A stretch of DNA of 64,000 bases, taken from Mycobacteriales bacterium. Lineage in GTDB: Bacteria > Actinomycetota > Actinomycetes > JAFAQI01. Location of the stretch: contig DASSKP010000028.1 of assembly GCA_035690365.1 (NCBI GenBank), positions 11,483 to 75,482 on the forward strand, given 5' to 3'. The translations under genes and the position numbers were made by a program. The notes below the pieces were generated by a model, which had not been told where the DNA came from, searched no databases, and worked only from the letters and a program-made list of their open reading frames with translations. Numbering within the stretch: the first letter of the stretch is position 1; every line of letters begins with the position of its first letter. Positions 27,796-37,329 of this stretch are shown piece after piece.

Positions 27796-28848
27796 ATGGA
27801 CGGCGCGACGAGCCCCTCACGTCGCTCGATCGTCTTCGTCGCCGGGTCCGGGCGCAGCGGCACGAGCATGTTCTCCGGGATCCTCCAGCGTCTCGGCTAC
27901 GCCATCCCGCAGCCTGAGGTGCCGGCGGACGACAGCAACCCCAAGGGGTTCGCCGAGTCGCGGTGGGTCGTCGACTTCCACGCGCGGTTGCTGCGGACGG
28001 CGCAGGTGCAGACCGCCGATGCGCGTCCGACCGCATGGACCGACACGATGGCGGCGAGCACGGATGCTGTCGCCGAGGAGCTTCGCGCGTTCCTCAAAGA
28101 GCAGTTCAGCGCCGCCGATCACGTGCTGATCAAGGACCCGCGACTGATCTGGTTCCTGCCGCTGTGGCGACGTGTCGCGATCGACCTCGGCGTCACGCCG
28201 CGATTCGTCACGATGCTGCGCCACCCCGCTGCCGTCATCGACAGCAAGAGCCGGCACTACGGCGCCTGGGCCGACGTCGCGGGTGACGTCAGCCGGACGG
28301 CGGGCTGGATCAACACGATGCTCTACACCGAGCGGGCGACGCGTGAAGGACTGCGCATCGCCGTGCAGTACGAAGACCTGCTGGCCGACTGGCCCAAGAC
28401 GATCGCGAGGGTGTCCGACGCGCTGACGCTGGAGCCCGTCGCCACGGCCACGGCGACCCGGATCCGCGCCGCCGAGGCATTCGTGGATCCCTCGCTTCGC
28501 CGGTCGTCGTCCTCCTGGGAAGGACTCGGCATCCCGGCTGCTCTGCAGGAGCAGGCGGAGCACGTGTGGAGCCTCCTCACCCGGCTGACGGAGGACGACG
28601 CGGACGTCGACGAGCTCAGCCGCTCGCTCGACGAGGCTCGCGAGAGCTACATCACGCTCTACCAGGAGGCCGAGGCCATCGCGCAGGCCTCCATCACGGC
28701 CGCGGCCCGGCGCCGCGACCGGGCAGCCAAGAAGGCAGCGGCCAAGCCGGCACCGTCCGCGTTGCGCCGCGTGGGCCGCAAGCTGCCGCCCAGGTGGAAG
28801 CGGCTCGCCCGCAGCTGGATCGACAGGAGTCCCGCGCGCAGCGCGTGA
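27796..28848 (+). CDS. Sulfotransferase family protein, paralog 2
   Basis: The motifs are VAGSGRSGTS, IKDPRLIWFLPLW and LRHPAAVIDS. It is colinear with the paralogs at 24796 and 32304. Confidence 0.7.
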   Translation: MDGATSPSRRSIVFVAGSGRSGTSMFSGILQRLGYAIPQPEVPADDSNPKGFAESRWVVDFHARLLRTAQVQTADARPTAWTDTMAASTDAVAEELRAFLKEQFSAADHVLIKDPRLIWFLPLWRRVAIDLGVTPRFVTMLRHPAAVIDSKSRHYGAWADVAGDVSRTAGWINTMLYTERATREGLRIAVQYEDLLADWPKTIARVSDALTLEPVATATATRIRAAEAFVDPSLRRSSSSWEGLGIPAALQEQAEHVWSLLTRLTEDDADVDELSRSLDEARESYITLYQEAEAIAQASITAAARRRDRAAKKAAAKPAPSALRRVGRKLPPRWKRLARSWIDRSPARSA

Positions 28849-28860
28849 CACACTCCGGCT

Positions 28861-30015
28861 GTGGACTTCCGGCTGAGCGACGAGCACGAGTCGCTGCGCA
28901 AGACGGTCGAGCAGTTCGCGCGCGAGGTGGTCGCGCCGCAGGCTGTGGAGTCGGACCGCGAGGAGCGCTTTCCGTACGACGTCGTACGTCAGATGGGCGA
29001 GCTGGGCCTGTTCGGTCTGCCGTTCCCCGAGGAGTACGGCGGGATGGGTGGCGACTTTCTCGCGCTGTGCCTGGCGATCGAGGAGCTCGCACGGGCGGAC
29101 TCCTCCGTCGCGATCACGCTCGAGGCCGCCGTCGGTCTGGGCTCCATGCCGGTGTTCCGGTTCGGCAGCGAGGAGCAGAAGCAGCGGTGGCTCCCCGAGC
29201 TGTGCGCCGGCACCGCGCTCGCCGCGTTCGGTCTCACGGAGCCCGGTGGTGGATCGGACGCCGGCAACCCCAAGACGAAGGCGGAGCTCGACGGTGCCGA
29301 GTGGGTCATCGACGGGTCCAAGTCCTTCATCACCAACTCCGGCACCGACATCACCAGCCTCGTCACCGTCCTCTGCCGGACCGGTGAGCGAGCCGACGGG
29401 CGCCCCGAGCTCACGTCGTTGATGGTTCCGGTCCCGCACGAGGGCTTCCGCGCCGGTCAGAAGTACTGGAAGGTCGGCTGGCACGCGTCCGACACCAGGG
29501 AGCTGGTCTTCGAGAGCTGCCGGGTGCCGGCGGACAACGTGCTGGGTGAACGCGGCCGTGGCTATGCGCAGTTCCTCTCGACGCTCGACGAGGGCCGTAT
29601 CGCGATCAGTGCTCTGGCGGTCGGGCTCGCCCAGGCGTGCGTCGACGAGGCGGTCCGTTACTCGAAGGAGCGGGAGGCGTTCGGGCAGCGCATCGGCTCC
29701 TACCAGGCGGTCGCCTTTCGCATCGCGGACATGCAGATGCGCACACACGTGGCTCGGCTGGCCTACTACGACGCCGCTGCCCGAATGGCCGCCGGCGAAC
29801 CGTTCAAGCAGGAAGCGGCGATCGCGAAGCTCTACTCGTCGACGATCGCCGTCGACAACGCGCGCGATGCGACGCAGGTGTTCGGCGGCTACGGCTTCAT
29901 GAACGACTACGCGGTCGCGAGGCACTGGCGCGATGCGAAGATTCTCGAGATCGGTGAGGGCACGAGCGAGGTGCAGCGGCTGCTGATCGCGCGCGGCCTC
30001 GGCCTGCCGGTCTGA
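28861..30015 (+). CDS. Acyl-CoA dehydrogenase
   Basis: The full-length ACAD pattern is present: GLTEPGGGSDAG, a C-terminal FGGYGFMNDYAVARHWRDAKILEIGEGTSEVQ and a catalytic Glu context. It has a GTG start. Confidence 0.9.
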   Translation: MDFRLSDEHESLRKTVEQFAREVVAPQAVESDREERFPYDVVRQMGELGLFGLPFPEEYGGMGGDFLALCLAIEELARADSSVAITLEAAVGLGSMPVFRFGSEEQKQRWLPELCAGTALAAFGLTEPGGGSDAGNPKTKAELDGAEWVIDGSKSFITNSGTDITSLVTVLCRTGERADGRPELTSLMVPVPHEGFRAGQKYWKVGWHASDTRELVFESCRVPADNVLGERGRGYAQFLSTLDEGRIAISALAVGLAQACVDEAVRYSKEREAFGQRIGSYQAVAFRIADMQMRTHVARLAYYDAAARMAAGEPFKQEAAIAKLYSSTIAVDNARDATQVFGGYGFMNDYAVARHWRDAKILEIGEGTSEVQRLLIARGLGLPV

Positions 30016-30093
30016 CCCGACGCGACGGGTCCGGCACCCGCAGTCCGGTAGCCTGATCGGGTCGATGAGCGGGCACGACGACGGAGGAGGAGC

Positions 30094-32307
30094 TTGACCA
30101 CCGCGCGGCCCGTGGGCGACTCCGAGGACGCAGTGGTGCTGTCCATGGTGTTCGCCGTACACGGCGACCAGGCCTATCTCGACGGTGCCGTTCGCTCGGT
30201 CCTCGAGCATCCGGGTCGAGACGTCGAGGTCGTCGTGGTCGACAACGGGTCGACCGACCACGTGCCCGAAGTCCTCGCGGAGCTGAGCCAGCTCGACGAC
30301 CGGATCGTGCCGATTCGGCTCGACGAAGCGGTGCCGCAAGGCACCGCGCGCCAGGTCGGCCTCGAGGCGGCTCGCGGTCGCTATGTCTGGTTCATGGACG
30401 CGACCGACCTCCTCCAGCCCGGCGCGGTCGCGGCGGTGGTCCGGTTGGTCGACCGCCGGTCGCCCGACGTGGCGGTGCTCGACTTCGTGACCGGGGGGTC
30501 GCTGGCCCTGCTGCCCAGCCCCCACAGCCCGCTCGTGCGCCGGATCGCTGCCGCGGGGTCCGTGTCCGTGGAGGCGATGCCGGAGCTGCTCGACCTCGCT
30601 CCCTGGTGGTGGAGCCTGGTGGTCAAGAAGGCGCTGCTCGACGAGTGGGGGATCGACCAGCGCGGCCAGCGCTCGGATGCCGCGTTCGGCTACTGCGCTC
30701 TGCTCGCGGCGGGTGAGGTGACGGCAACGGCATCCGCGCTGTACCGGCGACGTCGGCCGTTCAACACGGTGAACTCCCCGGCGGTGACCGGCGACGAGAA
30801 GGACCTCCTCGACGCGGTTGCCACCGTCTTCAGCTTTCTCTCCGCGCATCCGGTCATCGCGGACCGGCGCCGGTTCGCGACCGGGCGGATCGTCGGTCTG
30901 GCCACGCAGCGACTGAACCGCCTCCCGGCGTCGCGACGCCGTGATTTCGCCGAGCGACTGATCGAGGTCAGCCGGCGGCAGATCGGCCCCACAGACGCGC
31001 TGCCGCCGGGTCGGGTCACGGCTCTCCGGATGCGGCTGGTGCGAGGCGGGCACCGCACGGCGTACCTCGCGGTCGAAGCCGCGCTCCGCATCGCGCGCAG
31101 GCTGGTCCTGGCTTCCGGGCGCTTTCGGGCCCGTCTTGCGCCGCGGCTCGCGCGGGTCGTCGAACGGCTGCGGCTCCTGGAGTACTCCCTGCACCGCCGG
31201 TTGCCGTTGCGCCGCGACCTCGCCGTCTTCGCTGCGTACTGGTACCGCAGCTACGCCTGCAACCCCCGCGCCATCTACGAGAAGCTGCGCGAGCTGGCTC
31301 CAGAGGTCCGCGGCGTGTGGGTGGTGCTCCCTGGCGTCAAGGTCCCCGACGGCGTCGACTCCGTCGTCGTCGGCACGCGCGCCTACTACCGCCTCCTCGC
31401 CCGGGCGACCTACTTCGTCAACAACGTGGGCTTCCCGGACCACTGGAAGAAGCGTCGCGGCACTGTGCTTCTGCACACCCATCACGGGACGCCGTTGAAG
31501 AAGATGGGCCTCGACCAGTACGACGTCGGCGGCCCGCTGCAACGCCCGCTGCCGGCGAAGCACCTGTCGCGTTGGCAGCGCTGGGACTACAGCCTGTCGT
31601 CCAACCTGTTGTCGACGTTGGTCTGGGAGCGCGTCTACCCGGCGGCCTACCGCACGTTGGAGTACGGCTACCCCCGCAACGACCGGCTCGTCACCGCCGG
31701 CGCAGACGAGGCCGCGCCGATCAAGGCGGCCCTCGGCATCGAGGCGGACCGCAAGGTGCTTCTTTATGCGCCGACGCACCGCGAGTACGAACGCACGTTG
31801 CGGCAGATTCTCGATCCGGTGGCGTTGGCCCGCTCGCTCGGTGACGATTGGGTGATCCTGTCGCGAGCGCACTACTACAACGCCACGGGCCAGCCGATCG
31901 CGAAGCTGGCCGGCGGCAGGGTGGTCGACGTCACGTCGTACGAGTCGGTCGAGGAGCTGTGCCTCGCTGCTGACGTGCTGGTCACCGACTACTCGTCCAT
32001 CATGTTCGACTACGCCGTCCTCGACCGGCCGATCCTCATCTACGCGCCGGACTGGGAGATCTACCAGCTGCTGCGCGGCACCTACTTCGACTTGATGAAC
32101 GAGGCGCCCGGCGTCGTGTGCCGGACCCAGGCCGAGCTCGCCGAGGCGCTGACGTCCGGTGCCTACTGCGGTGACGTCGCCACCAAAGCGCTGGAGCTGT
32201 TCCGCAATCGGTTCTGTGCATGGGAGGACGGGATGGCCGCAGAGCGGGTCGTTCGGCGGCTCTTCCTGGGCGAGCAGCCACCTCTACCTCTGCGTCCGCC
32301 CGCGTGA
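30094..32307 (+). CDS. Bifunctional GT2 glycosyltransferase / TagF-family glycerophosphotransferase
   Basis: The N-terminal part is GT2 (VVVVDNGSTD, FMDATD). The C-terminal part is Glyphos_transf (LLHTHHGTPLKKMG, LLYAPTHREY, VLVTDYSSIMFDYAVLDRPILIYAPDWEIY..RGTYFD). It has a TTG start with a strong upstream GGAGGAGGA. Confidence 0.85.
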   Translation: MTTARPVGDSEDAVVLSMVFAVHGDQAYLDGAVRSVLEHPGRDVEVVVVDNGSTDHVPEVLAELSQLDDRIVPIRLDEAVPQGTARQVGLEAARGRYVWFMDATDLLQPGAVAAVVRLVDRRSPDVAVLDFVTGGSLALLPSPHSPLVRRIAAAGSVSVEAMPELLDLAPWWWSLVVKKALLDEWGIDQRGQRSDAAFGYCALLAAGEVTATASALYRRRRPFNTVNSPAVTGDEKDLLDAVATVFSFLSAHPVIADRRRFATGRIVGLATQRLNRLPASRRRDFAERLIEVSRRQIGPTDALPPGRVTALRMRLVRGGHRTAYLAVEAALRIARRLVLASGRFRARLAPRLARVVERLRLLEYSLHRRLPLRRDLAVFAAYWYRSYACNPRAIYEKLRELAPEVRGVWVVLPGVKVPDGVDSVVVGTRAYYRLLARATYFVNNVGFPDHWKKRRGTVLLHTHHGTPLKKMGLDQYDVGGPLQRPLPAKHLSRWQRWDYSLSSNLLSTLVWERVYPAAYRTLEYGYPRNDRLVTAGADEAAPIKAALGIEADRKVLLYAPTHREYERTLRQILDPVALARSLGDDWVILSRAHYYNATGQPIAKLAGGRVVDVTSYESVEELCLAADVLVTDYSSIMFDYAVLDRPILIYAPDWEIYQLLRGTYFDLMNEAPGVVCRTQAELAEALTSGAYCGDVATKALELFRNRFCAWEDGMAAERVVRRLFLGEQPPLPLRPPA

Positions 32308-33332
32308 GCGCCGGCGACCGGAGGCTGCTGCTCGTGGTCGGCATCGGCCGGAGCGGCACGAGCATGTTCACCGGGATCCTCGGCCAGCTGGGCTGGCACG
32401 TGCCACAGCCCGAGGTGCAGGCCGACGACACCAACCCCGCCGGATTCGGCGAGCCGCAGTGGGTCGTCGACTTCCACAAGCAGCTGCAACGATCCTGCCG
32501 GGTCACCAACATGGACTCGCGGCCGGCAGCTTTCGATCTCGCTGCGGCGAAGGCGACCGACCCGCAGGTCGTCACCCGGTTGCGCGAGTGGCTCGGCGAG
32601 CAGTTCGAACAGTCCGCGCACGTCGTGGTCAAGGACCCGCGGGTGGTGTGGTTCCTGCCGTTGTGGCAGCAAGCCGCGGCCGACCTCGGTGTGGAGACGT
32701 CGTTCGCGACGATGCTCCGGTACCCGACCGAGATCCTGAAGAGTGCTCGGACCTGGTACGGCGCATGGCAGAGCGACGCGAGCCGCGCGGCCAGCTGGCT
32801 CAACGTGATGTTGCGCACCGAGCAGCTGACCCGAGGCGCACCACGCGCGTTCGTGCGCTACGACGAGCTGCTGTCCGACTGGGAGGCGCAGATCACGCGG
32901 ATCGCGGCGCCACTGCGGGCCGAGTGGATGGCCGACCTGTCGCCGTCCGGACGCGACGCCGTCAACGAGTTCGTCGATCCCACGCTGCGCAGGTCGCAGG
33001 TGGGATGGGACGAGATCGTGGTTCCCGAAGTCGTCCGGTCGATGGTGGACCTCGCCTGGGAACGGTTCGTGCCGCTGGCGGCCGGCAGCAGTGAACCGGC
33101 AGATGCCGCTCGCCCGCTCGACGAGCTGGCAGAGCGCTACCAGCAGTTCTACGCGGAGGTGGAGGCGACGGCGCAGTCCTCGATCCACGCGGCCCGACGG
33201 CTGGCGCCGGCGGCGCCCAAGCCACCGCCGCCGCCCCCGACCCGCCGCCAGGTGCTCGCTCGGCGGATGCCGGCCCGAGTGCGTGCGCTCGTCCCGGTCC
33301 GGCTTCGCCGGCGAATGCTCGGGCGAGGTTGA
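32304..33332 (+). CDS. Sulfotransferase family protein, paralog 3
   Basis: The motifs are VVGIGRSGTS, VKDPRVVWFLPLW and LRYPTEILKS. The GTG start overlaps the upstream stop as GTGA. Confidence 0.7.
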   Translation: MSAGDRRLLLVVGIGRSGTSMFTGILGQLGWHVPQPEVQADDTNPAGFGEPQWVVDFHKQLQRSCRVTNMDSRPAAFDLAAAKATDPQVVTRLREWLGEQFEQSAHVVVKDPRVVWFLPLWQQAAADLGVETSFATMLRYPTEILKSARTWYGAWQSDASRAASWLNVMLRTEQLTRGAPRAFVRYDELLSDWEAQITRIAAPLRAEWMADLSPSGRDAVNEFVDPTLRRSQVGWDEIVVPEVVRSMVDLAWERFVPLAAGSSEPADAARPLDELAERYQQFYAEVEATAQSSIHAARRLAPAAPKPPPPPPTRRQVLARRMPARVRALVPVRLRRRMLGRG

Positions 33333-33336
33333 CGAC

Positions 33337-34449
33337 GTGCCGCGGGTCAGTGTCGTCGTACCGATCTACAACGTCGAGCCCTTCCTCGAGGAGTGCCTGC
33401 AGTCGGTCGAGACGCAGACGTTCACGGACTTCGAGGTCGTCATGGTCGACGACGGCTCCACCGACGGAAGCGCTCGGATCGCGCGCGAGTTCGAGCAACG
33501 CGACGGCCGCTTTCGTCTCGTGCAGCAAGCCAACGGCGGCCTCGGCTGCGCACGCAACACGGGCATCGACCGGTCGGTCGGCGACACGATGCTGTTCCTC
33601 GACAGCGACGACGTGCTGCCGCCGGACGCGCTCCAGCTCCTGCTGACGGCGCTGGACACGAGCGGGTCGGACTTCGCAACCGGCAACGTCTGGCGGATCC
33701 GGCCAGCCGGCCTCATGCCGTCCACGTGGCTGGCTCCGGTGTTCGCAGAGTCCCGCCTGGCGACGCACGTGACGAAGTTCCGCCCGTTGATCGCCGACCG
33801 GTTGGCGTGCAACAAGCTGTGGCGTCGGTCCTTCTGGGACGAGCACGGTTTGCGCTTCCCCGAGGGCGTGCTGCACGAGGACATCTACGTCACGGTGCCC
33901 GCGCACTTCCTGGCGCGTTCGGTGGACGTCGTGAGCGAGCCGGTCTACTACTGGCGGGCCCGCGTCGGCGACGTTCGCTCGATCACCCAGCGACGGACCG
34001 AGATCACCACGATCCAGCACCGGCTGGCGGCGATCGACCACGTTCGTCAGTTCCTGCGTGCGCAGCAGCTGCCCGAGGCGCTCCGCTGGTACGACGCCAG
34101 TGTCGTCGCCGACGACCTCCGGCCGTTCATCACCTTGCTCCTTCGCGCCGACGAGGACTATCGCCGGCAGTTCCTCGACCTGGTCAACGACTTCCTCGAC
34201 GACACCGACCCGAGCATCTTCGACGAGCTCCCGCCGGACGAGAGACAACGCTGGGAGCTCGTCCGCGCCCGGGACCTCGACGGACTCTTCGCCCTCCTCC
34301 GCCGTCAGCGCCGCGAAGGTCGGCAGACGCCCGTGGACGTCCAGCCGCCGACGCTCGTGGAACGCGTCGCACGGCGTGTTCCACAATCAGTACGCAGACT
34401 CGTGCCGAGAAGCGTCCGGCGTCGGCTGTTGCGACCAGGCGGGAGATGA
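33337..34449 (+). CDS. GT2 family glycosyltransferase
   Basis: The motifs are VSVVVPIYNVEPFLEECLQS, VVMVDDGSTDGS, NGGLGCARN and LDSDD. The GTG lies 4 nt after the upstream stop. Confidence 0.8.
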   Translation: MPRVSVVVPIYNVEPFLEECLQSVETQTFTDFEVVMVDDGSTDGSARIAREFEQRDGRFRLVQQANGGLGCARNTGIDRSVGDTMLFLDSDDVLPPDALQLLLTALDTSGSDFATGNVWRIRPAGLMPSTWLAPVFAESRLATHVTKFRPLIADRLACNKLWRRSFWDEHGLRFPEGVLHEDIYVTVPAHFLARSVDVVSEPVYYWRARVGDVRSITQRRTEITTIQHRLAAIDHVRQFLRAQQLPEALRWYDASVVADDLRPFITLLLRADEDYRRQFLDLVNDFLDDTDPSIFDELPPDERQRWELVRARDLDGLFALLRRQRREGRQTPVDVQPPTLVERVARRVPQSVRRLVPRSVRRRLLRPGGR

Positions 34450-35570
34450 CCGTGGGAATGCTTCCGACGCCGGGCATGGTCGGTGGCGGGCAGCTCGCCC
34501 GGATGACGCACCAGGCGGCCATCGGGCTGGGCCTGTCGTTGCGTGTTCTTGCGGCCGAGCCCAGTGACGCCGCGGCGTTCGTCGCCGCCGACGTGGAGCT
34601 CGGCGCACCGGACGACCTGTCGGCGCTGCGTCGGTTCGCCAAGGGTTGCGACGTCGTCACGTTCGACCATGAGCACGTCCCTCAGGAGGCGCTGCGCGCG
34701 TTGGCCGAGGACGGTGTCGTCCTGCGACCAGGTCCGTCCGCGCTTCTCTTCGCCCAGGACAAGCTCGAGCAGCGACGCCGGCTGCAGCAGCTGGATCTGC
34801 CCGTCCCGACCTTCGCTGCCGTGGACAGTGTCGAGGACGTGAAGCGGTTCGGCGAGGAGCACGGCTGGCCCGTGGTCGTGAAGGCCGTCCGCGGAGGCTA
34901 CGACGGACGCGGCGTCTGGGTCGCCTACGAAGCTCCTGCCTCGCTGCCCGGCCCGAACGTCTACGTCGAGCAGCGGGTCCCGCTCATCCACGAGCTCGCC
35001 GTCCAGGTGGCCCGCCGCCCGTCCGGAGAGACCGTGGCCTACCCCGTCGTCGAGACCGTGCAGCAGGACGGGATCTGCGTCGAGGTGGTGGCACCCGCGC
35101 CGAGGCTCAGCCCTGGCCTTGCCACGGACGCCGAGCGGATCGGTATCGCGATCGCTGAGGCGCTCGACGTCGTGGGACTCCTCACGGTCGAGCTGTTCGA
35201 GGCTCCGGGTGGCCTGCTGGTCAACGAGCTGGCCATGCGTCCGCACAACTCCGGCCACTGGTCGATCGAAGGCGCGACGACGAGCCAGTTCGAGCAGCAC
35301 CTGCGCGCCGTCCTCGACTGGCCGCTCGGTGACACCAAGCCACGCGCGCCGGTGTCCGTGATGGTCAACCTGCTCGGCGGTTCCTCCACCGACTTCGCGC
35401 GGACACTGCCGCGCATGCTGGGTGAGGTGCCGGACGCGTCGGTCCATCTCTACGGCAAGGATCCGCGGCCGGGTCGCAAGCTCGGTCACGTGACGGTGCT
35501 CGGTGACGACGTCGTCGAGACCAGAGCACGTGCGCGGCGAGCCGTGGAGCTGTTGCGGGGTGACGTATGA
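34446..35570 (+). CDS. purK: N5-carboxyaminoimidazole ribonucleotide synthase
   Basis: The ATP-grasp pattern is present ([44 protein letters not shown]). The ATG overlaps the GT2 stop as ATGA, and purE follows. Confidence 0.92.
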   Translation: MTVGMLPTPGMVGGGQLARMTHQAAIGLGLSLRVLAAEPSDAAAFVAADVELGAPDDLSALRRFAKGCDVVTFDHEHVPQEALRALAEDGVVLRPGPSALLFAQDKLEQRRRLQQLDLPVPTFAAVDSVEDVKRFGEEHGWPVVVKAVRGGYDGRGVWVAYEAPASLPGPNVYVEQRVPLIHELAVQVARRPSGETVAYPVVETVQQDGICVEVVAPAPRLSPGLATDAERIGIAIAEALDVVGLLTVELFEAPGGLLVNELAMRPHNSGHWSIEGATTSQFEQHLRAVLDWPLGDTKPRAPVSVMVNLLGGSSTDFARTLPRMLGEVPDASVHLYGKDPRPGRKLGHVTVLGDDVVETRARARRAVELLRGDV

Positions 35571-36079
35571 GCGCCGTCGTCGGTGTGGTGATGGGCAGCG
35601 ACTCCGACTGGCCGACCATGCAGCCCGCGGCTGCCACCCTCGACGAGTTCGCCATCCCGCACGAGGTGCGCGTCGTCTCTGCACATCGGATGCCGCGCGA
35701 CATGCTCGAGTACGGCGCGTCGGCCGCCGATCGCGGGCTGCGCGTCATCATCGCCGGCGCGGGAGGTGCCGCGCATCTGCCGGGGATGCTCGCGTCGGTG
35801 ACACCACTGCCGGTCATCGGTGTGCCCGTGCCGCTGCAGCGGCTCGACGGCCTCGACTCTCTCCTGTCGATCGTCCAGATGCCCGCCGGAGTGCCCGTCG
35901 CGACGGTCTCCATCGGCGGTGCCCGCAACGCCGGGTTGCTGGCGGTGCGGATCCTCGCGGCCTCGGATGCCGATCTGATGGCGCGGATGGCGGACTTCCA
36001 GGCCCAGCTGCGGGCGACTGCGCAGGACAAGGATGCGCAGCTGCAGGCGATGAGGGACGAGAGCGGGGATTCCTCGTGA
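35567..36079 (+). CDS. purE: 5-(carboxyamino)imidazole ribonucleotide mutase
   Basis: The motifs are [34 protein letters not shown] and PVIGVPV. Confidence 0.95.
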   Translation: MSAVVGVVMGSDSDWPTMQPAAATLDEFAIPHEVRVVSAHRMPRDMLEYGASAADRGLRVIIAGAGGAAHLPGMLASVTPLPVIGVPVPLQRLDGLDSLLSIVQMPAGVPVATVSIGGARNAGLLAVRILAASDADLMARMADFQAQLRATAQDKDAQLQAMRDESGDSS

Positions 36080-37329
36080 CGCGTCCCGCCGCCGACCCTG
36101 TCGAGCTCGTTGCGTGGAGCGTCGAGGTCGACGACCCCGGCGATCTGCTGTCGTGGCTGCCGGCCGGAGACGCCTATGCGTTCCTTCGCGGCGGCGACGG
36201 CATCGTGGGCTGGGGCGTCGCCGCGCGGCTGCCGCTGACGCGATCGCCGCGCACCGGCAAGGAGATCGCCGAGGAGACTGAGCGGCTGCTGTCGTCGATG
36301 ACGGTCCGCGACGACGTGGCCGTTCCGGGCAGCGGCCCCGTGGCCCTCGTCAGCCTTGCCTTCGACCCTGCCGAGTCAGGGTCCGTGGTCGTCGTACCGA
36401 AGGTCATGCTGGGTCGGCGTGACGGCCGCAGCTGGCTGACGCTCGTCACCCCGCAAGGCGCGGTCGCGGTGCCGCGGCTGCGCCGACGGCCCACGTCGGC
36501 GGCTCGACCCGTCGATGCTCACCTGTGCGCTCAGGTGCCCGCAGAGGACGAGTGGCGCGACAGCGTGGCGATCGCGGTCGAGCGCCTGCGCCGCGACGAG
36601 ATCGAGAAGGTCGTGCTCGCTCGCGCGGTCGACGTCGAGGCGGCGCAGCCGGTCGATCCCCGCGTCGTCGCGGCGCGGCTCTCCGAGCGGTTCCCAGCTT
36701 GCTTCACCTATGTCGTCGACGGCCTCGTCGGCGCCTCGCCGGAGCTGCTCGTCCGTCGCACCGGACGGCAGGCGGAGTCGCTCGTACTCGCGGGATCGGT
36801 CCGTCGAGGTGCTTCCGCGGAGGAGGACGCGCAGCTGGAGGCCGGCCTGCTCGCGTCGGCCAAGGACGGGCACGAGCACCGGCTCGCCGTGGACTCGGTA
36901 CGCGACACGTTGGCCCGCGTCGCCGTGGACGTCGCCACCGACCCCGCACCGCAAGTCGTCCGACTGGCGAACATCTCGCATCTGGGCACCCTGGTGCAGG
37001 CGTGGCTGCCGCAGCCGCCGCCGTCCGCCATCGGCCTGGCCACGACGTTGCATCCCACCGCCGCCGTCGGCGGCGTGCCGAGCAGTGACGCACTGACGAT
37101 GATTCGCGAGCTCGAGGCCGCGTCCCGGCAGCGCTACGCCGGGCCGGTCGGTTGGGTCGACGCCAACGGCGACGGCGAGTTCGCGATCGCGTTGCGCTGC
37201 GCGCAGATCGACGGTCGGCGGGCGCGAGTCTGGGCAGGAGCAGGCGTCGTCGCGGAGTCGCAGCCCGAGGCCGAGGTCGCGGAGACGACCGTCAAGCTCG
37301 AGGCAGCGCTCGGCGCCTTGCTGGGCTAG
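36076..37329 (+). CDS. menF: Isochorismate synthase
   Basis: The chorismate-binding C-terminal motifs are [18 protein letters not shown] and [13 protein letters not shown]. The GTG overlaps the purE stop as GTGA. Other men genes lie nearby. Confidence 0.8.
   Translation: MTRPAADPVELVAWSVEVDDPGDLLSWLPAGDAYAFLRGGDGIVGWGVAARLPLTRSPRTGKEIAEETERLLSSMTVRDDVAVPGSGPVALVSLAFDPAESGSVVVVPKVMLGRRDGRSWLTLVTPQGAVAVPRLRRRPTSAARPVDAHLCAQVPAEDEWRDSVAIAVERLRRDEIEKVVLARAVDVEAAQPVDPRVVAARLSERFPACFTYVVDGLVGASPELLVRRTGRQAESLVLAGSVRRGASAEEDAQLEAGLLASAKDGHEHRLAVDSVRDTLARVAVDVATDPAPQVVRLANISHLGTLVQAWLPQPPPSAIGLATTLHPTAAVGGVPSSDALTMIRELEAASRQRYAGPVGWVDANGDGEFAIALRCAQIDGRRARVWAGAGVVAESQPEAEVAETTVKLEAALGALLG

Noticed and set aside
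28861-30015. The acyl-CoA dehydrogenase as a dedicated tailoring enzyme of the glycopolymer cluster
   Set aside because: It is a standard full-length ACAD. An ACAD next to purE/purK is, as far as I recall, conserved core synteny in Actinomycetota. It is more likely a backbone gene flanked by inserted genes than a pathway member. This is not fully excluded.
27817-31872. A 1351-aa ORF on the minus strand, the longest ORF in the window
   Set aside because: It runs antisense across three well-supported plus-strand genes (a sulfotransferase, the ACAD and the GT2-TagF fusion). Its product is Arg/Pro/Gly/Asp-rich low-complexity sequence with no recognisable motif. It is the typical stop-free antisense frame of a high-GC genome.
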